Origin: Thermoproteota archaeon
GTDB taxonomy: Archaea; Korarchaeota; Korarchaeia; Korarchaeales; Korarchaeaceae
DNA length: 64,000 nt
NCBI GenBank assembly: GCA_027491435.1
Contig: JAOZFG010000028.1
Span: forward strand, 1 to 64,000
Direction of reading: 5' to 3'
Of the stretch, positions 1 through 9,052 are shown in pieces (the stretch's first letter is position 1; each line of letters opens with the position of its first letter). The notes below the pieces were generated by a model. It ran no database searches, was not told the origin of the DNA, and saw only the letters and a program-made list of their open reading frames with translations. The translations under genes were made by a program, and so were the position numbers.

Positions 1-254
1 AGCCCCTAACTCTTCCCCTTATGGACAGATCGCTAGCGAGTCCAGAGTCACCCGGTAAAGCTTACAGAGATTCACATTAGTACATAAAGCTGTCCTCAGT
101 CATAACCCCAATCCCGAACAAACTGAAACGCCTCCCCTTGGGTCCTCTAATGTAAGGGCGACTAACGACACGCTTGATGCCTGAGAGGATAGCTTGCAGC
201 AACCCTAGTTGTAAGTTCAATACCATAAACGCCAACGAACCTGCTTATAACTAG

Positions 255-270
255 CTTAAGTTGACAGCGC
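255..270 (+). mobile_element. IS6-family-like terminal inverted repeat relic
   Basis: CTTAAGTTGACAGCGC is the exact reverse complement of 19884-19899 and resembles archaeal IS6 right ends (...CTAAGTTGACAGTGCC). Confidence 0.45.
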
Positions 271-272
271 TT

Positions 273-311
273 ATCAGAAAATGACCTTTGCTCAGTGAGT
301 GGGATTGAAAT
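273..311 (+). repeat. Orphan CRISPR-repeat-like unit (single copy)
   Basis: ATCAGAAAATGACCTTTGCTCAGTGAGTGGGATTGAAAT ends in the GGATTGAAA(N) motif typical of Cas6-processed repeats and lies upstream of cas6; no second copy seen. Confidence 0.3.
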
Positions 312-617
312 TGAGAGAGCTATTCTATGAGAGATTACCGGAGGAGGCCTTCTATAATTATCAATTCGGACACTTTTTATCTCAGAGGCGCCCGGTGAGG
401 CCTGTTATCAGTGTGAGGAAGTTCCCCCATTAGATAGACTTAAATGGCTCAGAGAAGGGAGTTACGTTCGGTAGTGTAAAGTGTTAGCTGGTTCTCCTCC
501 AGTCCTCACGATCAGGGAAGCTGCTTGAACTGTAACGCGCTACGGTCCTCACCCTTTATAAAAATTCTTGAGAGGTCATAGCTCAAAGGATTTATTATTC
601 TACCTCCCGAATTCCTT

Positions 618-1427
618 GTGCCTTCGCTGATAAAAGTCAGGGTTAGGGCCCTTGAGGACCTAATCTACTCAATTCCCATGAGCGGAAGGTACGCCCAAAG
701 GTTGGTTCTCGACTCCCTTGGTCAGATGGCAGAAGCTGTAAGGAGACTATCCGCAAACGGAACCCCCCCTTACTCAGTAGGGCAGATACTAGCCCCTAAG
801 GAATCATTATCTGAAGACCCAAGGTACGCCTCTCTGAGGCAAGACGAGGAGGCTTTGTTCTTCATAGGAGTTTGCTGGGACGAGCTCAAAGAACTCATGC
901 TGAAAGAAGTTAGAGGAGTGAGGGAGCTAGCCGGCGCCAAGGTGGAGTTAACGCCAGAGCTAATAAGGGAGGAAAGATACAGGGATCTTCTTAACGGAAT
1001 TGCCAGGAAGGTCTCATTAAAGACGAGGAACAGGCTCATCCTAGGCTCGGTCAAGGTGTTCGATCAGGCCTTCCCGAGGTACGATCCCTGGAGACATAAC
1101 CTCAACCCCCAACAGATTTTCGCCACTCCATTCAACGTTTGGAATGCTTTCTCTCCCATTAAATTCCCTAGAAGTGTGTTTAACGCCCTCTCCAGGGTAG
1201 AAGTGTTGAAAGCTAAATTCAGGACCAGGATGGCGTTAATCCCCTACGGTGGCAAGTTGGAAGGAACGCCTTCGCTGGAGGGGGAGATACACCTCTCCTT
1301 AGGGGGGCTTGACGCCGATACGGGGGTGAAGGCGTTAGCTTTACTAAAGCTGGCTGAGTACTCGGGCATAGGGGTGAAGACCACCCAGGGCTTTGGCTCA
1401 GTGTCTCTAAAGGTCCTGGAGGGGTAG
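618..1427 (+). CDS. cas6: CRISPR-associated endoribonuclease Cas6
   Basis: C-terminal Gly-rich loop LAEYSGIGVKTTQGFGSV; PPYSVG and WNAFSP motifs; location in cas locus. Confidence 0.85.
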   Translation: MPSLIKVRVRALEDLIYSIPMSGRYAQRLVLDSLGQMAEAVRRLSANGTPPYSVGQILAPKESLSEDPRYASLRQDEEALFFIGVCWDELKELMLKEVRGVRELAGAKVELTPELIREERYRDLLNGIARKVSLKTRNRLILGSVKVFDQAFPRYDPWRHNLNPQQIFATPFNVWNAFSPIKFPRSVFNALSRVEVLKAKFRTRMALIPYGGKLEGTPSLEGEIHLSLGGLDADTGVKALALLKLAEYSGIGVKTTQGFGSVSLKVLEG

Positions 1428-1428
1428 C

Positions 1429-2022
1429 ATGTACTTAAACATGGCCTTAACGGCTATCGACGCCCTCTCCTTAATATTAGAGGTTATGGACTTGGGGAAG
1501 GGCATAAGAAATACTGTGAGCAGGAGGAGAGCCGGGTTCTCCAGAAAAGTAGAGTTGCCGGCTGAGGAAGAGTTCTCAGTGAGGGCCATAGTTGGCGGTT
1601 CCTTAGGAAGCAAGCTGGTATCGGACTTCCTCACCTACGTGAAGGAAGGGGATATAGAGCCTTTGAAGAGGTCAATTGCTTCGATCTCAAAGGAAAAGGA
1701 GGTAGATGTGGTGGTGGACGTCTTAGGTAAGAACCCGGAGATAATGTACTTAAGCCAGTTCGGCAGGGAGCCCCATTACCTTTACAAGCTGGACGGCAGG
1801 ATAACCCCTGACGATTTCCCCTCCGTATCCTTTGGGGTGGCTAAGTTCCTGGAGATGGTCAACAGCCTACACCCTGGAGTCAAGAAGAGGGCCCTGTTGG
1901 TCACCACAGTGGCCATAGCCTTTCAGGTAGGCCAGCTCATAGGAGGGACGGCCAAGTACCACTTATTGCACCTCGACAGGGGGAAAGGTTACGTTGAAGT
2001 TCCCTCAGTCATATGGTACTAG
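1429..2022 (+). CDS. Putative SAVED-like (CARF-related) domain protein with an N-terminal amphipathic helix
   Basis: C-terminus RALLVTTVAIAFQVGQLIG...YHLLH...GYVEVP resembles the SAVED C-terminal signature (LAFxLG...Y); begins 1 nt after the cas6 stop. Confidence 0.45.
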   Translation: MYLNMALTAIDALSLILEVMDLGKGIRNTVSRRRAGFSRKVELPAEEEFSVRAIVGGSLGSKLVSDFLTYVKEGDIEPLKRSIASISKEKEVDVVVDVLGKNPEIMYLSQFGREPHYLYKLDGRITPDDFPSVSFGVAKFLEMVNSLHPGVKKRALLVTTVAIAFQVGQLIGGTAKYHLLHLDRGKGYVEVPSVIWY

Positions 2023-2031
2023 GGTGCGACC

Positions 2032-2619
2032 TTGCTCATCAAGGTGATCTGCAAGCTATCTGGCGAGTTCAGGAGGCCCGTATTTGGTCCTAAGCTAAGG
2101 AATTTGCTTCAGCAAATGCCCTTAGACCTTAAGATAGTTAGGGCGGGCTTGTTAAAAGATACTCTGGTTATAACCTCTCAATTTGAGGAGATACCGGATA
2201 TAAGCACGCTAATTGGCCTTCAAGTTTTTGATAAGAGGGTTATTAACGTTAAGGGTGTCATAGCTAATCCCGAGGAGGTTGAAGAGCTGCCTAGGGAGGG
2301 TTGCTCTCAGGTCAGGATAGCCACGCCTTACCCGTTCAACCATAATGGGATACCCGCAATCAGGGAGGTTGTTAAGAGTTCTCTAGCCATATGGAAGGAG
2401 GCAACGGGGCAGCAAGTTAAGGTAGGGAAGCTAACCCCTCTCCAGGTGAACTTAACCGTCATCAGGGGGAGGTGGGGCAGGGGAGTCGTTGGGAGGATAA
2501 CCCTTAAGGGAGAGGGTGCGCCAGCCTTCGGACAGGTAGCTTCTTTCGTTGGTTCTGGTGAAATGGGAGATCAGGGCTATGGCTACATAGAGCTCATGTC
2601 GCTGGACTGTCCCAGTTAG
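2032..2619 (+). CDS. Divergent/short Cas6-like RAMP protein
   Basis: C-terminal Gly-rich loop ASFVGSGEMGDQGYGYI; VRIATPY and GVVGRITL strands as in the Cas6 C-terminal RRM; only 195 aa. Confidence 0.55.
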   Translation: MLIKVICKLSGEFRRPVFGPKLRNLLQQMPLDLKIVRAGLLKDTLVITSQFEEIPDISTLIGLQVFDKRVINVKGVIANPEEVEELPREGCSQVRIATPYPFNHNGIPAIREVVKSSLAIWKEATGQQVKVGKLTPLQVNLTVIRGRWGRGVVGRITLKGEGAPAFGQVASFVGSGEMGDQGYGYIELMSLDCPS

Positions 2620-2650
2620 TCACTTCTCTCCTCTATGAAAACTTTAGCGT

Positions 2651-2667
2651 AAATTTTCGGACATAAA
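2651..2667 (+). promoter_or_regulatory. Candidate operator half-site upstream of the csa1 TATA box
   Basis: AAATTTTCGGACATAAA matches the csa5 promoter sequence AATATTTAGGGCATAAA (11219-11235, minus strand) at 13 of 17 positions. Confidence 0.35.
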
Positions 2668-2704
2668 CAAAATATAATTTCCTTATAGCTAGCCTAGGGC
2701 GTAT

Positions 2705-3640
2705 ATGGTATATTACCTCTCCGGGATGGAGTGGAAGCTCCTTAACAGGAGGTACCTGCCTTGGGCCAGGAATGATCCCCCAGCTGATGAGTGGAGGGGA
2801 TGGAACTGGGACAGGCCTCCTATAGAGCCCCCTTACGATGTGAGGCTCTCCCTGTTTGAGGTAGCCTCACAGTACTGTCCAACTGGCAGGGACGTGTACC
2901 TGAGGAGGGTCCTGGACGTTAAGGTCAAACCCAACGAGAAGATGCTGAGGGGCAAGGCGCTACACTACGTCGTCGAGAGGTCCATAGTCGAATCCAAGAG
3001 GGCGCTTTACTCAGGGAGGGCCTCTAACGGTAAGGAGTTACAGCTCTACCTAGAGGAAGTTAAGGGGAGAGTGATGCAGGAGGTCAAAGACATGCTAAAG
3101 GAGCTTCCAGATGAACAGCTATTCACAATAGTTGAGATGTCTTCCAGGCTCTGGGACTTCGAATCCATACAGATATCCTCTCAACTTGACAGGGTAAGCG
3201 CTGAGAGGGGTTTCCTCGGGTTGGACGCTTTAGTCAACACCTCTATACCCTTCGTAGTCGAGAGGGTCATAGACGGCTCTTTCATTGGGCTCAGCGAGTC
3301 GATAAGGGTTGATGCTCTATCCCAGGCCATGGTGGTTCTAGACCTGAAGACCGGAAAAAAGAGGCCTTTTCAACATCTGTACGTGACGGGCTACGCCCTA
3401 GCTTTAGAAGCCGAGCTTGAAGCCCCTGTTGACGTCGGGATAATAGTCTTCCTCGACATGGAAACGGGGAGACCCCACATAGACAGGGAATTTTACGTGT
3501 TGGACCAGAACTTGAGGAGAGAGTTCCTGGAGGAGAGGAACAGGAAGATGAGGATCGTCTTTAACGAAGAGGATCCGGGGGTTGCGGAAAGCTGCCCTCC
3601 AGACTGCCCCTTCCTAAGCTACTGCAGGGGGTCTAAATGA
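2705..3640 (+). CDS. csa1: Type I-A Cas4-like protein Csa1
   Basis: WRGWNWD, YCPTGRDVYL, DLKTG and C-terminal CPPDCPFLSYC (Fe-S cysteines); directly upstream of cas1. Confidence 0.92.
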   Translation: MVYYLSGMEWKLLNRRYLPWARNDPPADEWRGWNWDRPPIEPPYDVRLSLFEVASQYCPTGRDVYLRRVLDVKVKPNEKMLRGKALHYVVERSIVESKRALYSGRASNGKELQLYLEEVKGRVMQEVKDMLKELPDEQLFTIVEMSSRLWDFESIQISSQLDRVSAERGFLGLDALVNTSIPFVVERVIDGSFIGLSESIRVDALSQAMVVLDLKTGKKRPFQHLYVTGYALALEAELEAPVDVGIIVFLDMETGRPHIDREFYVLDQNLRREFLEERNRKMRIVFNEEDPGVAESCPPDCPFLSYCRGSK

Positions 3641-4647
3641 CAAGCGAGCTAGTGCTGACGGGTTACGGGTTCTTCCTTAAAAAGAAGGGAGACAGGTTAA
3701 TAACTGAGAAGAAGGGTGAGAGAAGGGAGTACCCCGTAAGGCAGTTAGAGCTGATACTGATAACTGGGAAGGGGGCCATATCAGTTGACGCCATACGCTT
3801 GGCTGTGAAGTACGGCCTCTCGGTTTACCTGGCTTACAGCACGGGCACTCCTTACGCTGCGATAACTCCAGTAATCTTCACAGGGTCGGCCGAAACTAGA
3901 AGACAACAGATACTAGCCTACTACGACGAGAGGGGACTGCACTTAGCTAAGGAGTTCGTTAGGGGGAAGTTGGTCAATCAGGCAAACTTGCTGAAGTCCC
4001 TATCCCTGTCCAGGGGGAGAACGAATGTGGAGTTGGCTGAGGAGCTACACGAGTACTCCCAGAGGGTCATGGATCAGGTGAAGAAGCTGGATTCAATTAG
4101 GGGGACTCTGGATAAAGGAGCTGATGACAGGATAAGATCTGTAGAGGCTAACGGGGCCAAGGTTTACTGGGAGGCATTGTCTAAGGTAATTCCTGAGGGG
4201 CTGGAGTTCCCCGGCAGGGTCACCTTTGGCGCTGTTGACGTGGTGAATAGGCTACTCAACTTCGGGTATGGCTACTTGAGGGCCAGGGTGACGTCTGCCA
4301 TACTGTATGCTGGCCTCGACCCTTACGCTGGTTACCTTCACGCCTACAGGTCTGGAGAGCAGGCCTTAGCCTTTGACATGATGGAGGAGTTCAGGCCTTT
4401 AGTAGTTGATAGGGTCGTGATAACCTTGATAGCCAGGAAGATGGTCAGCAAGAGCTGGCTGGAGAAGGACGGCCTGAAGAAATCCGCCTTGGCTAAGCTA
4501 ATGAGTTCCCTTAGGGAGAGGGTCGAGCACAGGGTTAAGTTTCAGGGGAAGAAGTACAGACTCAAGTCCCTGATAAAGAAACAGCCCAGGAATTTGGTGA
4601 GCCACCTCAAGGGGACTTCCAGGTACAGGGCGGTGACCGGCTGGTGA
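3637..4647 (+). CDS. cas1: CRISPR integrase Cas1
   Basis: EANGAKVYW, NRLLNFGY, GLDPYAGYLH and DMMEEFRP motifs. Confidence 0.97.
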   Translation: MTSELVLTGYGFFLKKKGDRLITEKKGERREYPVRQLELILITGKGAISVDAIRLAVKYGLSVYLAYSTGTPYAAITPVIFTGSAETRRQQILAYYDERGLHLAKEFVRGKLVNQANLLKSLSLSRGRTNVELAEELHEYSQRVMDQVKKLDSIRGTLDKGADDRIRSVEANGAKVYWEALSKVIPEGLEFPGRVTFGAVDVVNRLLNFGYGYLRARVTSAILYAGLDPYAGYLHAYRSGEQALAFDMMEEFRPLVVDRVVITLIARKMVSKSWLEKDGLKKSALAKLMSSLRERVEHRVKFQGKKYRLKSLIKKQPRNLVSHLKGTSRYRAVTGW

Positions 4648-4934
4648 CCCACTACCTATTCGTCTACGACATAACTGATGACGCCATCAGGCTGAAGGTA
4701 GCTAACAAGTTGAAGGACTACGGCCTCTCTAGGATACAATACAGCGCATTCCTAGGCGAGTTGGAACCCAGAAGGTATAGATCCCTCAAGAAAGAGCTTA
4801 AAAAGATAATTTCTAGGGCCAAAGGGGAGAGGAAAGTTATACACATCTTCCCGATTCCCCTGAGCAGCCTCAACAGGGTTGAGGTGATAGGGGAGTGGTC
4901 CCGTGAGGAGGGAGAAGAGGTTGAGGTCCTTTAA
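4644..4934 (+). CDS. cas2: CRISPR-associated Cas2
   Basis: LFVYDITDD and RIQYSAF motifs; 96 aa; follows cas1. Confidence 0.96.
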   Translation: MTHYLFVYDITDDAIRLKVANKLKDYGLSRIQYSAFLGELEPRRYRSLKKELKKIISRAKGERKVIHIFPIPLSSLNRVEVIGEWSREEGEEVEVL

Positions 4935-5506
4935 ACGCAGACGTGACGATAGCCGCACCCGCCCGAGCAGCTCTCAGGGTTTCTCCAAGTCTTAGGAGGC
5001 TCCTGACTTTCGTCCATCTCCCTTATCTCCCTGAGTATTGAGAGAACCCACCTCCTCAGGGGAGGGGTTACCTTAACCTCGACGGCCCTCTCCTCGAGGG
5101 CGTAGTAGATGAAGCCCCTCCTGACTACTGTGTCGTAGACGTCCTCTATAAGCAGGGCGTAAAGCCCGATCTGGGCCCTGTGGTCGGGCCAGGCCTTTCC
5201 CCTCCTGCTCCTCATGAATTTGAAGTCGACAGGGATCACCTCGCCCTCGGATTTTAGCAGCAGGTCCGGCCTGCCTAGGACGTTGAGCCTCTCGCTGTAC
5301 ATGAGGTGGGCGTCCATCGGCTTAAACCCGCTGAGCCTCTTGTCTTTTAAGGGGAACTTCCTCTTCTTCATCTTCTCCCTTAGCTCCTCATGCAGCTCTT
5401 TTGACTCCTGCTGCTGAAAGTCCATTACAGGGCTGAGCCCTAGAACCCTGTTGTAGTAGGTTATCAGGGGGCAGAACACGTACTGCTTGACGTCAGTAGG
5501 GGTTAT
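4931..5506 (-). CDS. cas4: CRISPR-associated exonuclease Cas4 (start uncertain: first canonical GTG at 5479, conserved N-terminus extends to ATA at 5506)
   Basis: ITPTDVKQYVFCP, GRPD, PVDFK, QIGLYA and C-terminal CSGGCGYRHVC. Confidence 0.9.
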   Translation of the reverse strand: MTPTDVKQYVFCPLITYYNRVLGLSPVMDFQQQESKELHEELREKMKKRKFPLKDKRLSGFKPMDAHLMYSERLNVLGRPDLLLKSEGEVIPVDFKFMRSRRGKAWPDHRAQIGLYALLIEDVYDTVVRRGFIYYALEERAVEVKVTPPLRRWVLSILREIREMDESQEPPKTWRNPESCSGGCGYRHVCV

Positions 5507-6234
5507 GGGCTTCTCATGTAGAGCTCGTGAAACTCCCTTAGAACCCTCAGGAATTTGGAGTCACCCCCTCTGCTCTCGTTTGAGGCCAGGTAGTCTGCAG
5601 CAATTAGTCCGCTTAGCAGAATCAGAGAGCGCTTCCTCATCTTAGGATCCCCGCCGTAGGTGAAACTCTCCCAGATCTTCCTGCGTACATCATCCACATT
5701 TAATTTTACCTCATTGACGAACTCTTCAGCTGATTTAAAGGACTTAAGCTTGAGCACCCCCTCGGAAATGGCTTCTGCTACGTCCCTAACCTCCTCGGGG
5801 GACACCTCTCTCACGATTTGGGAGAGCTCCTCCAGGAGGCTCTTGCCAGCCTGGAACCCCCTCCTCTTGTACTTCAGGTAGTTACGGGACCAATCATCAA
5901 ACCCCATGGCGTGATGGTGGTAGAGCACTGAGAACACCGTGGGCAAACTCCACTCCTCCCACTCGCCCAGCTCTATCAATGAATTGTTGAGCACGTACGC
6001 CGATATGACCTCATGACCCCTGAAGCTCATCCTGCCCCTGTGCTCAACCTGATAGAAGGCCTTCCCGAGGTCATGAGCTATAACCGATATTTTAAGGGCT
6101 TTAGAGAGTTCCTCTGGGTTATCCACGGCCCTGGCCAGCCTAGAGGACTTCACCTCCGACACCTTGTCCAGGGCTAAGAGTATATGATCCTTTAGGGATT
6201 CCCTAACCCCATCGCTGTAGAAGCTGTAGATCAT
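5503..6234 (-). CDS. cas3'': Cas3'' HD nuclease
   Basis: LKDH, HDLGK, GHE, YHHH and AAD HD-domain motifs; start reassigned to ATG 6234 (ATGA overlap with the cas3' stop). Confidence 0.92.
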   Translation of the reverse strand: MIYSFYSDGVRESLKDHILLALDKVSEVKSSRLARAVDNPEELSKALKISVIAHDLGKAFYQVEHRGRMSFRGHEVISAYVLNNSLIELGEWEEWSLPTVFSVLYHHHAMGFDDWSRNYLKYKRRGFQAGKSLLEELSQIVREVSPEEVRDVAEAISEGVLKLKSFKSAEEFVNEVKLNVDDVRRKIWESFTYGGDPKMRKRSLILLSGLIAADYLASNESRGGDSKFLRVLREFHELYMRSP

Positions 6235-7892
6235 CCTCCCACCCTGAGGCCCTCCTCCCTGGAGTAGGTCCCGTCGACTAGGAAGGCCACTATCCCGCAC
6301 CTTATCGTCTTCGTTATGAGGTCCTTGGGATTCCTCACCCTCCCACTTAACTCAACGATTAGGTATTCCCCGTGCTCCGAGACCTTCTTACAGCCCTTCG
6401 CCTCCCTTTTAGACACGGCCCTCACGTTACCAGAGATCTTGGAGAACTGGGAGAAGGATATGGGCACTACGCCATTAGGCAGGTCCTCAAGCCTGGTTAT
6501 GACGGGCACTATTTGCCCCGACCTGACGAAGCTGCCTTCCATCTCGTAGAAAATCTCAACTGCCTTCTTGGATCCGCTTTCTAAGTTTAGCAGGGGCCTC
6601 AGGAAGGCATCCACGTCCCTTCTGTTTACCCTGTACTCCTGGTACACTTGATCAATCATTTCCGAGAAGCCCATCCTGTTGTTACAGCCCTCAGGCAAGT
6701 GCAGGCTCACCTCGCCGTCCCTCTCCTTTAAGAAGTTCCAGGTCCTCTCCACGAGCTCCGCGTCGTAGACCTTGTACCTCCTCCCGGAGGTCCCCTCGTA
6801 GAACACCAGGAAGGTCCCCTTGCTCTCCCCGTACCTCAGAAACCGGCCGGCCCTCTGTACCAGGGAGTTGGCGGGGGCCACGTCGGTCATCATGAAGTTA
6901 GAGGAGACGTCCATTCCGGCCTCTATGACTTGGGTCGTCACCACTATCCCCTCCTCAAGCTCCCTTACCTCTTTCTGTATTCGATCCCTGTCCTGCATCG
7001 TGAACCTGGAGTGAAGCAATACGGCGCTGACCTTGTCTTTGATCTCCCTGTAAAACTCGACGGCCTCGGCCACCGTGTTGAAAACGGCTATTCCCCTACC
7101 GCCTACCTCCTCGTAGGCCGAGATCACCTCCTTAGCCGAGGGCCTCCCCTCAACTAGCCTGACCTCGTAATTTTTGGAACACCTACCATTGACGAACTCA
7201 GGGTCGTCTTCATGGGAGAAGGAGATGAACTCGACCCTGCCATTGGAGGCCTCTTTTAGCACCTCCTTGAGCGAGTTGGGTATCGTGGCCGACATGAAGA
7301 TCAGCTTTCCTTCAGCGTCCAGGTACAGCTTCACCAGGGCGTATAAGAAGTTGAGCGATTTCGTCTCATCAGCTACTAGTTGAACCTCGTCCAGTATGAC
7401 GTCCGACAGGAAGGTTGTGGCCCAGGAGAACATGAAGTGTCCTAAGCTTCCGTAGCTAGTCCCCTCCCAAGCCTGGTACACTTTGGAGAGCTCCTCAGGG
7501 GGCAGGCCCATCAAGGTGAGGGAGAAAGTGTCTAGGGTCGTCAGGGTGACCGGCCTTATCAGGAAGGGGGATTCGGCCTCGTGCATGTGCCTCCTTCCCA
7601 GGTACTTGGAGGGTATCACCTCGGCCAGCTTGGAGTGCTGGTCCTTCAGTAGGGATCTTAGCGGGTACACGGCCAAAGTTTTGAAGCCATTTACCGAGTT
7701 ATACAAGGAAATTGTAGCCGTGATGGCGCTCTTACCGTAGCCAGTGGGGGCCTCGACGACTATCAGCTTATTCTCGCCCCATAACTCAGCGATCCTCCTC
7801 ACGGCTTTGTTTATGAAGGGCCTTCCCTCGTCCTTCCCAAACCAGCTGAGTAGCACTTGCCTGTAACACTCTATGAGGTCCCCGCACTTCAC
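6231..7892 (-). CDS. cas3': Cas3' helicase
   Basis: APTGYGKS, DEVQ, SAT, LLHSRF and QRAGR SF2 motifs. Confidence 0.95.
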   Translation of the reverse strand: MKCGDLIECYRQVLLSWFGKDEGRPFINKAVRRIAELWGENKLIVVEAPTGYGKSAITATISLYNSVNGFKTLAVYPLRSLLKDQHSKLAEVIPSKYLGRRHMHEAESPFLIRPVTLTTLDTFSLTLMGLPPEELSKVYQAWEGTSYGSLGHFMFSWATTFLSDVILDEVQLVADETKSLNFLYALVKLYLDAEGKLIFMSATIPNSLKEVLKEASNGRVEFISFSHEDDPEFVNGRCSKNYEVRLVEGRPSAKEVISAYEEVGGRGIAVFNTVAEAVEFYREIKDKVSAVLLHSRFTMQDRDRIQKEVRELEEGIVVTTQVIEAGMDVSSNFMMTDVAPANSLVQRAGRFLRYGESKGTFLVFYEGTSGRRYKVYDAELVERTWNFLKERDGEVSLHLPEGCNNRMGFSEMIDQVYQEYRVNRRDVDAFLRPLLNLESGSKKAVEIFYEMEGSFVRSGQIVPVITRLEDLPNGVVPISFSQFSKISGNVRAVSKREAKGCKKVSEHGEYLIVELSGRVRNPKDLITKTIRCGIVAFLVDGTYSREEGLRVGG

Positions 7893-9052
7893 AGGAGCCT
7901 CAGGTAGTAGAGGTATGACTCACACCCCTTCCCGTTGGAGGCCTCGCATACCCTGTAGCAGGAGTTCAGCTCCCTGGTGAATTCCAGCAGGCCTTGCGGA
8001 TCCCCCAGGACCACGAACCTGTACAGGTACAGGAGGGCCCTCAGGGCGTTGTTGGCTTCAGGCTTCTGGTTGGGCCTACCTATGCTGGCCACTGACCAAA
8101 TTAGCCTGCTCTCTTCAGGGTTTACTATTTTCCATAACGTCGATCTGAGCTTCTCTGGTTTATCTGATATCCTGTAAAATGGTGGTTCTTTTATTACTGT
8201 TAGGGGTATCTGCTCATATATTTTGTAAGTCTGCCCCTCAGATGCCAACTTTATTAGCAAGAAGTCCGCCTTCTCGATGTCGTTCTTTATGAGCGACTCT
8301 GAAAGCTTCAGGTTCAACATTAGCTCCATTATTAGTAGCTCGTTCGAAGGATACCTGGCCATTACCTGAGCTACTACCTCCTTAACCTCGTCCTTCACGG
8401 CCAGGTACCTTTCCACCATCTCCTTCTTTCCCGACGAGATTATCTCAGCCACCTGGCCAGGGGTGAACGTGACCAAGTAGTAGTAGACCTTATCCCCTGA
8501 CCTGAAAGTAGTGGAGTAAGCGGAGGCGACTCCTAACAGGACCAGGAGAGCTGCCTCAGGTGAGTAGTAGGTTGTGACCTGCTTGCTGAAGCTGCCGCTC
8601 TCCAGAGAGCCTATCCCCGTGTACCTATCGACTTTTAACAGTTGAAGGCTGACCCCCGACTTCTTGTCCTTTAAATCGTAGAGTATGCCGTCCTTAGTCT
8701 TAAGGGGGAATATCCTGATGTCTCTGTTTACAACGATTTTGGAGGCTCCATCCTTAAGGGCTTTTAACACGTACCTGAGGGAGCCCAGCTTCCCCCCTGG
8801 AACTCCCCCGATCAGGGAAGTTATTAGGGACTTTATCGGCTTCATATCGTTTCCGGTGAAGTTAACCTTGAGGGAGTCAACGAGTCCATCGTCTAAGCTC
8901 TCCAGAGTCTTCTTTAGGAAGTCTGGGCTTATGTTCGCCGTCCTTCCCCTGAAGCTGACGCTTGAGTGCTTGATCGTCAACAGGTAACCCTCGTAAAGCA
9001 GCAGATGAGGAAGGGTGGCATCTGGCGGAAGAAGTTCGAGCTTAAAACTCAA
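7889..9052 (-). CDS. Type I-A large subunit (Cas8a/CsaX-like)
   Basis: Position between cas5 and cas3', size 387 aa; the sequence itself is only weakly recognisable. Confidence 0.7.
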   Translation of the reverse strand: MSFKLELLPPDATLPHLLLYEGYLLTIKHSSVSFRGRTANISPDFLKKTLESLDDGLVDSLKVNFTGNDMKPIKSLITSLIGGVPGGKLGSLRYVLKALKDGASKIVVNRDIRIFPLKTKDGILYDLKDKKSGVSLQLLKVDRYTGIGSLESGSFSKQVTTYYSPEAALLVLLGVASAYSTTFRSGDKVYYYLVTFTPGQVAEIISSGKKEMVERYLAVKDEVKEVVAQVMARYPSNELLIMELMLNLKLSESLIKNDIEKADFLLIKLASEGQTYKIYEQIPLTVIKEPPFYRISDKPEKLRSTLWKIVNPEESRLIWSVASIGRPNQKPEANNALRALLYLYRFVVLGDPQGLLEFTRELNSCYRVCEASNGKGCESYLYYLRLL

